Source: Dethiosulfovibrio peptidovorans
Lineage (GTDB): Bacteria; Synergistota; Synergistia; Synergistales; Dethiosulfovibrionaceae
NCBI GenBank assembly: GCA_002748665.1
Contig: PDTB01000031.1
Span: 890 to 64,889, forward strand
Direction of reading: 5' to 3'
DNA length: 64,000 nt
In this document: in pieces, positions 36,929-45,109 of the stretch
How positions within the stretch are numbered: position 1 is the first letter of the stretch
Layout of the letters: each line of letters starts with the position of its first letter
Translations under genes and position numbers: made by a program
The notes under the pieces: model-generated
Database searches by the model: none
The model's input: the letters and a program-made list of their open reading frames with translations, nothing else
What the model was told of the DNA's origin: nothing

Positions 36929-38137
36929 ATGGCCTCAAGGTTGACCACCTTCAGGATCGCCAAAAAAAACATTCGAAGAAAACCACAGAGGAGCTTTTGT
37001 CTTGTCCTCATGATCATGCTCTTTGCTTTTTCCCTGTTTGCCGGTGCCGTTCTCTCCATCAGCCTGTCCAACGGTGTTTCCAGTATGTCGGACCGTCTGG
37101 GGGCTGATATCATCGTCGTTCCGGAAGGGTATGATCCTCACATCGACAGCATTCTTCTCTCGGGAAAGCCGTCAACTTTCTATCTTCCCGCAGATGTATT
37201 GGATCGGATTCGAGAAATCGGCGTTGAGGGCATCGACAAGATGACCCCTCAAACTTTCCTCGCCACGTTGAACGCCTCGTGTTGCTCCTATCCGGTTCAG
37301 CTCGTCGGCATCGACTACGATACGGATTTTCTTATCAAACCGTGGTTGGATAAAACGATACACAGAAAGTTGAAGCGTGGCGAGGTCATCCTGGGATATC
37401 ATGTAGCGGGAGCTTTGGGTGACGACATCATGTTCTTCAAAAACCACCATGACGTGGCTGGGCGACTGGAACAGACGGGGATGGGTTTTGACGCCACTGT
37501 CTTTATGACCCGTGAGACCATTGCGGATCTGGCCGTTGCTGCCGAGCGCATCATCCAACATCCTCTCGCTGAGGACGGAAGCCTTATATCCACCGTTATG
37601 ATCAAGCTTGCTCCGGGGTACAACTCGGTCAAGGTTGCGAAGGAGATCAACAAAAAATTGAACGATCAGGGGATTTATGCTCTGTTCAGTAAAAAATTTG
37701 TCAACGAAATATCGTCAAATCTGACGGTAGTCTCTGGGCTGATCAAAATTATCATCGTCATCGTCTGGATTTTGGCTGTTGTAGTTATTGCACTGCTCTT
37801 TGCAATGACCTTGGGTGAACGGAAAAAAGAAATGGGTATCCTACGAGTCATGGGAGCTACTAAAGGCAAGCTTGTTCGCCTCGCTTTGGCCGAGGTCCTC
37901 CTGATCAGTCTTTACGGATCGGTGCTAGGCGTCCTCTTGGCGGGAGCCACCGTTGCTGTCACCGGCCCCATGGTGGTGGCCCTGTTAAGCATACCCTTTT
38001 TGCTCCCGAGCATTGTCGATCTTCTTGCGCTGGGAGGAATCAGTGTGCTCGTTGCTGTAATCACGAGCATTCTCTCGGCAGCTGGTTCGGCAATTAAGGC
38101 TGGTTATGCCGATATCTATGATAACGTGAGGGGCTAA
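36929..38137 (+). CDS. ABC transporter permease, FtsX/MacB type (third)
   Basis: MASRLTTFRIAKKNIRRKPQRS is a typical FtsX N-terminus, with the C-terminal motif KEMGILRVMGA. ATG at 36929 lies 1 nt after the upstream stop. Confidence 0.8.
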   Translation: MASRLTTFRIAKKNIRRKPQRSFCLVLMIMLFAFSLFAGAVLSISLSNGVSSMSDRLGADIIVVPEGYDPHIDSILLSGKPSTFYLPADVLDRIREIGVEGIDKMTPQTFLATLNASCCSYPVQLVGIDYDTDFLIKPWLDKTIHRKLKRGEVILGYHVAGALGDDIMFFKNHHDVAGRLEQTGMGFDATVFMTRETIADLAVAAERIIQHPLAEDGSLISTVMIKLAPGYNSVKVAKEINKKLNDQGIYALFSKKFVNEISSNLTVVSGLIKIIIVIVWILAVVVIALLFAMTLGERKKEMGILRVMGATKGKLVRLALAEVLLISLYGSVLGVLLAGATVAVTGPMVVALLSIPFLLPSIVDLLALGGISVLVAVITSILSAAGSAIKAGYADIYDNVRG

Positions 38138-38142
38138 TAGAC

Positions 38143-38868
38143 ATGATTCTACGGCTGAGTGATCTGTGTAAAAAATATGCCCGGGGAGGCGTCACCTTCC
38201 AGGCCGTGAAGGACGTGAACCTTGAGGTTGAAGCAGGAGATTACGTAAACATCGTTGGTCGATCAGGAAGCGGGAAATCTACCTTGCTGAACATGGCTGC
38301 TGGTATGCTCACCCCCACGTCAGGCGATGTTGAGCTTGACGGTCAGAGCCTCAAGGGAAAGGATGACAATCAAATCTCCTTTTTGAGGAACGACCTGATA
38401 GGGTTTATCCCCCAGGGAATGGCTACGCTTCCTAACCTTACTGTTCTAGAGAACATTCTTCTCCCGTTCTATCTGTACCCTCGGGAAGGAGAAGGAGAGG
38501 AGATTGCTCACTTCATTCTGAAAAAACTTGGAATTGAACCCTTGATCAACTCCTATCCTCAGGAGCTTTCTGGCGGGGAGCTGCGTCGGGTGCTTATCGC
38601 CCGATCCTTGATTAATTCTCCAAAGATCCTGATTGCTGATGAACCAACGTCGGATCTTGATGTGGAGTCCACCAAGCGAATCATGGATGTCTTTTCCGAA
38701 TTGAACGAGGATGGCGTTACCCTTCTTTTGGTCTCCCACGACCTGGATGCCGTAGAATACGGAAAGACCGTGTATACTATGGTTTCGGGGGAGCTGGTGT
38801 CGGGTAACCTGTTTCAGAAAAACTGTCGTCGTGACAGATCGCTACGAATCGAAAAACAATGGTTTTAG
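38143..38868 (+). CDS. ABC transporter ATP-binding protein (second, MacB/LolD type)
   Basis: GRSGSGKST, LSGGELRRV, ILIADEPTSDLD. Confidence 0.9.
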   Translation: MILRLSDLCKKYARGGVTFQAVKDVNLEVEAGDYVNIVGRSGSGKSTLLNMAAGMLTPTSGDVELDGQSLKGKDDNQISFLRNDLIGFIPQGMATLPNLTVLENILLPFYLYPREGEGEEIAHFILKKLGIEPLINSYPQELSGGELRRVLIARSLINSPKILIADEPTSDLDVESTKRIMDVFSELNEDGVTLLLVSHDLDAVEYGKTVYTMVSGELVSGNLFQKNCRRDRSLRIEKQWF

Positions 38869-39007
38869 CCTCTATGGTGTTCTCAGGGGGTGAATGTCTG
38901 TACAATTGATCCCCTCTCGGACAACTTCGGGAAGGGGCTTTTTGTTATTTGGGTGCTGACGGTGTACAATTTGATACAGTACGGTCTTTTTCAAGAGGGG
39001 GAAAAGG

Positions 39008-40069
39008 GTGGGGTTCATACGGCGTTTCCTGCTGGGGTGTTTTGTTCTGATTCTGCTCTCGCTGCTTTTTCGTTTGTTTGGTCCTCTCTCTCCTCGGAGA
39101 AGCGAAACAAAGAGCACGTTCTTTGCTATGGATACCGTCATGACAATACAGGCCTATGGAGTGCCCGAAGCCGTGATAAATAGATGTGTCGAAGTCATCA
39201 CCGATCTGGATTGGCGGTGGTCTGTCACGAATCCGGCCGGAGAGATCACGGCATTGAACCGAGATGGAAAAGGCGCTGTCTCAGGCGATACGGCTGAAGT
39301 CATACGTCTGGGATGTGAATATGGAGAACTCACCGACGGTGCTTTAGATATATCCATATACCCCGTCGTTCGGTTGTGGGGCTTTACCTCCGACGATCAA
39401 ACGGTTCCCGATGAGATGCTTCTTTGTTCATCACTCGAAAAGGTCTCTTACAAAAACATCCAATGTGACGGGGAACGTGTCCTTTTATCCAAGGACATGG
39501 CCTTGGATCTTGGTGGAATCGCCAAAGGATACGCCGGCGATCTTTTGATACAGCTTCTGAGGAGCAACGGGGCTACGTCCGCTCTGCTCAACCTGGGAGG
39601 AAATGTCCAGTGCCTGGGACGAAAGCCCGACGGTGGCCCTTGGAGGGTAGCTGTTCAGAACCCCTTCGGGGACGGGTACGTTGGAGTTGTGGCGGCGGCG
39701 GATGAGGCTGTCGTAACCTCTGGGGGGTACAGGAGATACTTTGTTGATTCTCAGGGGCATCGGCGGTGGCATATACTTGATTCCGCCACGGGAATGCCAG
39801 CCGAAAGCGGCTTAACCTCCGTCACAGTCGTTGGGAAAGGGGGCGCTCACTGCGATGCTCTCTCCACGGCGTTTTTTGTCATGGGGCTTGATAGGACGGT
39901 CACCTATTGGCGAAAACACGGTGGGATTGACGTGATACTCGTTACCCAGGAAGGCAACCTGTACGTCACAGCCAGTCTGGCCTCCAGATTCACCCCTTCG
40001 AGAACATATGCAAGGCGGTATCACGTCCTCGACGAAGCCGGTGGGGTATCCGTGGATAAGATCCGATGA
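39008..40069 (+). CDS. apbE: FAD:protein FMN transferase (ApbE family)
   Basis: N-terminal anchor, AMDTVMTIQ, DLGGIAKGYA, and ...TSGGYRRYF motifs. GTG start after GAGGGGG. Confidence 0.85.
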   Translation: MGFIRRFLLGCFVLILLSLLFRLFGPLSPRRSETKSTFFAMDTVMTIQAYGVPEAVINRCVEVITDLDWRWSVTNPAGEITALNRDGKGAVSGDTAEVIRLGCEYGELTDGALDISIYPVVRLWGFTSDDQTVPDEMLLCSSLEKVSYKNIQCDGERVLLSKDMALDLGGIAKGYAGDLLIQLLRSNGATSALLNLGGNVQCLGRKPDGGPWRVAVQNPFGDGYVGVVAAADEAVVTSGGYRRYFVDSQGHRRWHILDSATGMPAESGLTSVTVVGKGGAHCDALSTAFFVMGLDRTVTYWRKHGGIDVILVTQEGNLYVTASLASRFTPSRTYARRYHVLDEAGGVSVDKIR

Positions 40070-40440
40070 GAAGAGTGAACTTTTGGATTGTCGTCGTGGC
40101 CTTATTCCTGGGAGGAAGCGCGGTCGTGTCTTGGAATCAGTTCGCTGTTCGAAAAACTGGAGTTGTGGCCACGGTATTTCTGGATGGACGCTGTCTTCGG
40201 ACTATAAACCTTGATCAGGTTACGAAAGCATACTCATTTACGGTATCCGGTGAGGGCAGCAATACCGTCTCCGTGGAGCCAGGTCGTATACGGATATCCA
40301 GTGCTGATTGTCCGACAAAGCTCTGTGTCCGCCAAGGATGGCTCTCTCCCGGAGGGCTCCCGTTGATCTGTCTTCCTCACAGGTTGGTGATCTCTGTGGA
40401 GGGAGCCACCACTGTGTCCGTCGATAATGTCTCTCAATAA
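40066..40440 (+). CDS. NusG-domain-II-containing membrane-anchored protein
   Basis: N-terminal TM and the motif ADCPTKLCVRQGWLSPGGLPLICLPHRLVISV, typical of the NusG_II family. Confidence 0.7.
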   Translation: MRRVNFWIVVVALFLGGSAVVSWNQFAVRKTGVVATVFLDGRCLRTINLDQVTKAYSFTVSGEGSNTVSVEPGRIRISSADCPTKLCVRQGWLSPGGLPLICLPHRLVISVEGATTVSVDNVSQ

Positions 40441-40951
40441 ATATCGAGCGAGCGTCCAACCTCTCCGAAAGGGGCACTGTCTGACCAGGATCTCTCTCCT
40501 TACTGTCCTAGCTTTGCTCCTGTTTATCGTGGAGCTTCAGTTTCCTGTGGTGGTGCCGGTTCCCGGAGTTAAACTGGGGCTTGCGAACGTGGTGACTGTC
40601 TTTGCTGTCTTTGTTCTGGGTTTCGGAGATGCGTTTGCCGTGGTCGTTCTTCGAGTCCTTCTGGGAGGCTTTCTGTCGGGACAGGTTATGGCCGTGGTTT
40701 TCTCTATGGCTGGCGGACTTGTGAGCTTGGGAGTCCTGCTGTGTTTTCGACCCCTTCTGAGTAATCATAGGATCTGGATTGCAAGTGCCTTGTCTGCCGT
40801 GGCTCACAATGTAGGACAGCTGGGTGTTGCCGTGATCATCACCCGAACCCCAGGCCTCTTGGCCTATCTGCCTGTCCTCGTCATCTCCGGAATTCTTGCC
40901 GGAGCCTGTACGGGGTTGCTGGCCCAGATTGTCGTTCGCCGATTGACATAA
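40427..40951 (+). CDS. Gx transporter / heptaprenyl-diphosphate-synthase-component-I-like membrane protein
   Basis: Five TM helices and the family-typical LFIVELQFPVVVPVPGVKLGLANVVTVFAV. Usual partner of the NusG_II protein. Confidence 0.7.
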   Translation: MSLNKYRASVQPLRKGHCLTRISLLTVLALLLFIVELQFPVVVPVPGVKLGLANVVTVFAVFVLGFGDAFAVVVLRVLLGGFLSGQVMAVVFSMAGGLVSLGVLLCFRPLLSNHRIWIASALSAVAHNVGQLGVAVIITRTPGLLAYLPVLVISGILAGACTGLLAQIVVRRLT

Positions 40952-41026
40952 GGGGAGTGTCTGTGGTTAGAGGTGCGTTGGCTTGGTTCGATCCAATCTG
41001 CCTTGAACTAAGAGGGAGCCTTTTGG

Positions 41027-41055
41027 TTGTGTGTATGGGGTGGCTCTGATACAAT
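41027..41055 (+). promoter_or_regulatory. Candidate promoter of the SRP RNA (TTGTGT-17 nt-TACAAT, with TG at the extended -10 position)
   Basis: Spacing and hexamers read directly. The -10 ends about 11 nt before the SRP helix. Confidence 0.45.
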
Positions 41056-41066
41056 ATGCGTTGTTT

Positions 41067-41196
41067 GAAGGCCCTTCTTGGGGGGCCCAGTCCCGTGCGG
41101 CGAAAGCCCGTGAACCCCGTCAGGTCCGAGAGGAAGCAGCGGTAAACGGTGTCTTTTGGGTGCCACGGAGCCCTGGGCCTCCCAAGAAGGGCCTTC
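41067..41196 (+). ncRNA. ffs: Signal recognition particle RNA (small bacterial 4.5S-type)
   Basis: Conserved domain IV sequence GTGAACCCCGTCAGGTCCGAGAGGAAGCAGCGGTAA. The ends pair as a long helix (GAAGGCCCTTCTTGGGG / CCTCCCAAGAAGGGCCTTC). Confidence 0.8.
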
Positions 41197-41197
41197 G

Positions 41198-41509
41198 TTA
41201 TTTCATAGGGGCTATGTCGACCAATGCTTCAATCAGCTTATGCAGGTGGACAAGGTCGGGAGCTTCACTGTCGTTATGGTGAATGCTGCTGTTCATGCAT
41301 GTAGATATGTCGTTTTTGAGGATCTCCACGCAGGTGTTCTGAAGGGCTTTTCTGGCAGCGGACATCTGGAGCAGTATGTCGCAACAATCCTTTTCCTCAA
41401 CGATCATTCTCTGTATGCCCCGCAGCTGTCCTTCAACTCGACGAAGGCGGTTTATCATGGCCTTTCGCTCTGGGCTGAGATGGTCCAGTTTCATTTTTGG
41501 TTGTGGCAT
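41198..41509 (-). CDS. CsoR/RcnR/FrmR-family metal/thiol-sensing repressor
   Basis: INRLRRVEGQLRGIQRMIVEEKDCCDILLQMSAARKAL is the family core. Start set at MPQPK after the GGGGGA RBS (the ORF track starts at 41608). Confidence 0.75.
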   Translation of the reverse strand: MPQPKMKLDHLSPERKAMINRLRRVEGQLRGIQRMIVEEKDCCDILLQMSAARKALQNTCVEILKNDISTCMNSSIHHNDSEAPDLVHLHKLIEALVDIAPMK

Positions 41510-41741
41510 AGCTCTTCCCCCTAGTGCGACGGAACATACGAAAATCATATATCCACAGCACGAAAAAATCTTTCGAGTTATGGTAATATGAACGGTCTTG
41601 ATGGTCAAGAGGTGCTATGTTATACTCTCCGTTGGTCCATAGATCACACATCGGGTTGGCGTTCGGGGTGGTGCCTCTTCGGAGGTTCCGGTCGTATCTC
41701 CCGGTGGAGGACACAACCACATATTTTGAGGAGGAAACTCT

Positions 41742-42539
41742 ATGTCCGTTGTCAGCATGAAACAGCTTCTGGAGTGCGGCGTTCATTTTGGTCATCAGAC
41801 TCGTCGCTGGAACCCCAAGATGAAACCCTTCATCTTCACGGAGAGAAACGGGGTCTATATCATTGATCTCCAAAAAACCGTGAAAGGGCTCGAAAAGGCC
41901 TATTCCTTTCTGAGAGAGGTTTCCAAAGAGGGTGGGAGTGTCCTCTTTGTCGGGACTAAGCACCAGGCTCAGGATACCATCAGAGAAGAGGCGATTCGGT
42001 GCGGTCAGCATTACATCAACCAGAGGTGGCTTGGTGGATTGCTCACCAACTTCCAGACGATCAGGAAGAGAGTTCTCCGCATGCAGGAACTGGAACGGAT
42101 GGAATCCGACGGATCATGGGATAAACTGATCAAGAAGGAGGTCGTCCTTCTCAAGAAGCAGAAGGCGAAGCTGGAGAAGTACCTTCTGGGTATCAAGAAC
42201 ATGAAGGCTCTGCCCGATGCCTTGTTCATCATCGACCCTCGTCGAGAGGAGATCGCTGTCAAAGAAGCCAAGAAGATCGGTATTCCGGTAATATCGATCG
42301 TGGATACCAACTGCGATCCTGAGATGATCGATTTCCCTATCCCCGGCAACGATGATGCCATTCGAGCCATCAGACTCATTACCAGCCTCATGGCCAACGC
42401 GGTTATTGAGGGACGTCAGGGAGTTGATGCTGAATCCGATGGGGATGACGATGGTAACGAAGACGGACATAATATCATTGAAGTCAAGGAAAAACTGATC
42501 GAGGCCTACGGCGAAGAGACCGCCGAGGGGCAAGAGTAA
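41742..42539 (+). CDS. rpsB: 30S ribosomal protein S2
   Basis: [22 protein letters not shown] signature. Confidence 0.95.
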   Translation: MSVVSMKQLLECGVHFGHQTRRWNPKMKPFIFTERNGVYIIDLQKTVKGLEKAYSFLREVSKEGGSVLFVGTKHQAQDTIREEAIRCGQHYINQRWLGGLLTNFQTIRKRVLRMQELERMESDGSWDKLIKKEVVLLKKQKAKLEKYLLGIKNMKALPDALFIIDPRREEIAVKEAKKIGIPVISIVDTNCDPEMIDFPIPGNDDAIRAIRLITSLMANAVIEGRQGVDAESDGDDDGNEDGHNIIEVKEKLIEAYGEETAEGQE

Positions 42540-42554
42540 GGAGGATCATATATC

Positions 42555-43148
42555 ATGGCAATCAGCGCTTCTGACGTGAAGGTGCTCAGAGAGCGAACCA
42601 GCTGCGGGATGCTGGACTGTAAAAAGGCACTGGAGGAATGCGGCGGTGACATGGAGAAGGCTGTCGATTTTCTTCGTGAAAAGGGCCTGGCCAAGGCTGC
42701 CAGGAAGGCCGACCGTGCCGCCAAGGAGGGGCGGGTGTTCTCCTACATCCACACCAACGGCAAGATTGGCGTTTTGCTTGAGCTCGACTGCGAGACCGAC
42801 TTCGTTGCCAAGACCGACGAGTTCCAGAGTCTGGGGCACGAGATCGCCATGCACATCGCTGCCGCTGCTCCTCAGTATCTTCTTCCTGAGGATGTCCCCG
42901 TAGAGGAGCTTGATCGGGAGAAAGAGGTCTATCGCCAGCAGGCTCTTCAGGAGGGTAAACCAGAGAATATTCTGGAGAAAATCGCCGAGGGGCGGGTTCG
43001 AAAATTCTACGAGACCGTGTGTCTCATGGAACAGCCCTGGATTCGGGACGGAGACAAGAAGATCAAAGATCTGCTTATCGAGACCATCGCCAAGATTGGC
43101 GAAAACATGGTCGTCCGTCGCTTTGCCCGATTCACAATCGGGGAATAA
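42555..43148 (+). CDS. tsf: Elongation factor Ts (short, 197-aa form)
   Basis: [40 protein letters not shown]-like N-terminus. Follows rpsB. Confidence 0.9.
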   Translation: MAISASDVKVLRERTSCGMLDCKKALEECGGDMEKAVDFLREKGLAKAARKADRAAKEGRVFSYIHTNGKIGVLLELDCETDFVAKTDEFQSLGHEIAMHIAAAAPQYLLPEDVPVEELDREKEVYRQQALQEGKPENILEKIAEGRVRKFYETVCLMEQPWIRDGDKKIKDLLIETIAKIGENMVVRRFARFTIGE

Positions 43149-43160
43149 CGACACATATAG

Positions 43161-43195
43161 AGAGGCACGGGGATTCCCCCGGCCTCTTTTTTTTT
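43161..43195 (+). terminator. Rho-independent terminator after tsf
   Basis: AGAGGCACGGGG-att-CCCCCGGCCTCT followed by T9. Confidence 0.75.
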
Positions 43196-43233
43196 ACAAT
43201 ATTTAAGGGCGATATTGAAGAAGGAGGTACAGG

Positions 43234-43953
43234 ATGGCACTGGCGTATAAGCGGGTTCTTTTGAAACTTTCCGGAGAGGTCTTAGCGGGGCAGGAGGGCT
43301 TTGGACTGGATTTTGACGCCATAAGGAACATCGGAGTCCAGATAGCCGAGGTCTCTCATTCGGGGATCGAGATCGGTCTCGTCGTTGGCGGTGGCAACTT
43401 TTTTCGGGGAAAGCAGGCCGTCGACGAAGGGATCGAACGCTCTCAAGCTGACTACATGGGGATGTTGGGCACGGTGATCAACTCTCTAGCTCTTCAGGAT
43501 GTTTTGGAGAAGCAGGGCATCCCTACCAGGGTTCAGACAGCTATCCAGATGCAGGAGATTGCCGAGCCCTACATTCGTCGTCGAGCGTTGAGACACATGG
43601 ACAAAGGGCGAGTGCTCATCTTCTCCGCCGGAACCGGTTCGCCCTACTTTTCCACCGATACGGCTGCCGCTCTTCGTGCCGCCGAGATCGGGGCCAGCTG
43701 CCTGGTGAAGGCCACAAAGGTGAACGGGATCTACGACTCGGATCCCATGAAGAATCCCGACGCCGTTCTCTACTCGTCCCTCACCTACATGGAGGCCCTG
43801 CGACAGAGGATTGAGGTCATGGACGCTGCGGCCTTCTCCCTGTGCATGGAAAATCGAATTCCCATCGTCGTCATGAACGTCCTAGAGGAGGGGCGACTGG
43901 GTGATTTCTTGATTCGGGGGAAGAAGATTGGTACCATTGTCTCAGGAGAGTGA
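43234..43953 (+). CDS. pyrH: UMP kinase
   Basis: YKRVLLKLSGE...VVGGGNFFRG...GTGSPYFSTDT signature. Confidence 0.95.
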   Translation: MALAYKRVLLKLSGEVLAGQEGFGLDFDAIRNIGVQIAEVSHSGIEIGLVVGGGNFFRGKQAVDEGIERSQADYMGMLGTVINSLALQDVLEKQGIPTRVQTAIQMQEIAEPYIRRRALRHMDKGRVLIFSAGTGSPYFSTDTAAALRAAEIGASCLVKATKVNGIYDSDPMKNPDAVLYSSLTYMEALRQRIEVMDAAAFSLCMENRIPIVVMNVLEEGRLGDFLIRGKKIGTIVSGE

Positions 43954-43990
43954 CATATCAGATACGTACCGAATAAGGAGGGTCTTTCCC

Positions 43991-44551
43991 ATGAGCGATA
44001 TCACCACGTTCAATCTTGAGAAAAAGATGGAGAAAGCGGTCGAACACCTGAAAGGCGAGTTCGTCGGTATACGAACCGGGCGGGCCCATCCCGGCCTGAT
44101 CAGCGACATCAAGGTGGACTACTATGGGTCGTCGACCCCGCTTAAACAGATGGCTACTATCAGCGTCCCTGAAGGGCGAACCTTGGTGGTGACGCCCTTT
44201 GACAAGACGGCTATGAAGGACGTTGAAAAGGCTATCCTGGCCTCAGACCTGGGAGTGACACCCCAGAACGATGGACAGGTAATCCGCTTGAACCTGCCCG
44301 AGCTTACCGGGGAGCGCCGGAAAGAGCTTTCCAAGATGGTCCATAAGCTCTCGGAAGAGGCCCGAGTAGCCGTCCGTAACCTTCGCCGAGACTGCAACGA
44401 TTTCTACAAAAAACAGCAGGGGGCAGGAGACATAAGTGAGGATCAGTACCACGACTTTCTGGATAAAATCCAGAAGATCACTGATGACCATATCGGTAAA
44501 GTAGACGCGGTCATGAAGGAGAAAGAAGAAGAGATAATGACTAAATTCTAA
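43991..44551 (+). CDS. frr: Ribosome recycling factor
   Basis: Typical RRF sequence (...LKGEFVGIRTGRAHPGLISDIKVDYYG...). AAGGAGG RBS before the ATG at 43991 (the ORF track starts at 43928). Confidence 0.9.
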   Translation: MSDITTFNLEKKMEKAVEHLKGEFVGIRTGRAHPGLISDIKVDYYGSSTPLKQMATISVPEGRTLVVTPFDKTAMKDVEKAILASDLGVTPQNDGQVIRLNLPELTGERRKELSKMVHKLSEEARVAVRNLRRDCNDFYKKQQGAGDISEDQYHDFLDKIQKITDDHIGKVDAVMKEKEEEIMTKF

Positions 44552-44590
44552 TGATGAGGCCGACGGGTATCCCCGTCGGCCTCATCATTA
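44549..44590. terminator. 19-bp perfect inverted repeat with 4-nt loop, spanning the frr stop codon (no U-tract)
   Basis: TAATGATGAGGCCGACGGG-tatc-CCCGTCGGCCTCATCATTA, read directly. Confidence 0.5.
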
Positions 44591-44921
44591 GAACCTGTCA
44601 AGAGACAGGGAAACCGTCGTCCCTATCCTGTATTATTTTGTTACGCTAAGCCTCCATAAAGATCATTTCCCATCCTCTTTCCAGCAAACTCCTGCTTGAG
44701 ATCTTTGTTGTAGTCTTTCCTCCAGTGGTGATCTGGAGGAGGTGTGTGGTGTATTTCCCTTTTTCACCTCCGACAGGCACAGGACGCTTCTTTCCCCCTT
44801 GATATATGAGTGGACTTCTCCAAGGGCGTTTTCAAGCAAGGGCTACTTCTCTCTCGGACTCAGGATGTAACGAATATTTGAGAAATCCACACTCTGAGTG
44901 AGATGGTATCATATGCCCAGA

Positions 44922-44950
44922 TTGACATGTTATCATATTTTCTGTATCCT
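44922..44950 (+). promoter_or_regulatory. Candidate sigma70 promoter (TTGACA-17 nt-TATCCT) 160 nt upstream of the alanine/glycine symporter gene
   Basis: Hexamers and spacing read directly. Confidence 0.4.
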
Positions 44951-45109
44951 GTTAAAGGAATACTCAATTCTCGCGAAGTATGTGATCTCACGTTTTAGCC
45001 TTTGGCTGGCTTTACTCTAAAAAGACTATGTTGGTAAAAAATAATATAGTGTCAGGGGTGAGAGTGTGGCATTTTTTAATTTTATATCTTTTAGATTGGA
45101 GGATTAGTC

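Noticed and set aside
44600-45109. Glycine-riboswitch-like fragments (CTGGAGGAG ... GACAGGCACAGGAC) upstream of the alanine/glycine symporter
   Set aside because: The conserved CGCCGAAGGGGCAA-type core is missing. The resemblance is limited to short GA-rich strings.
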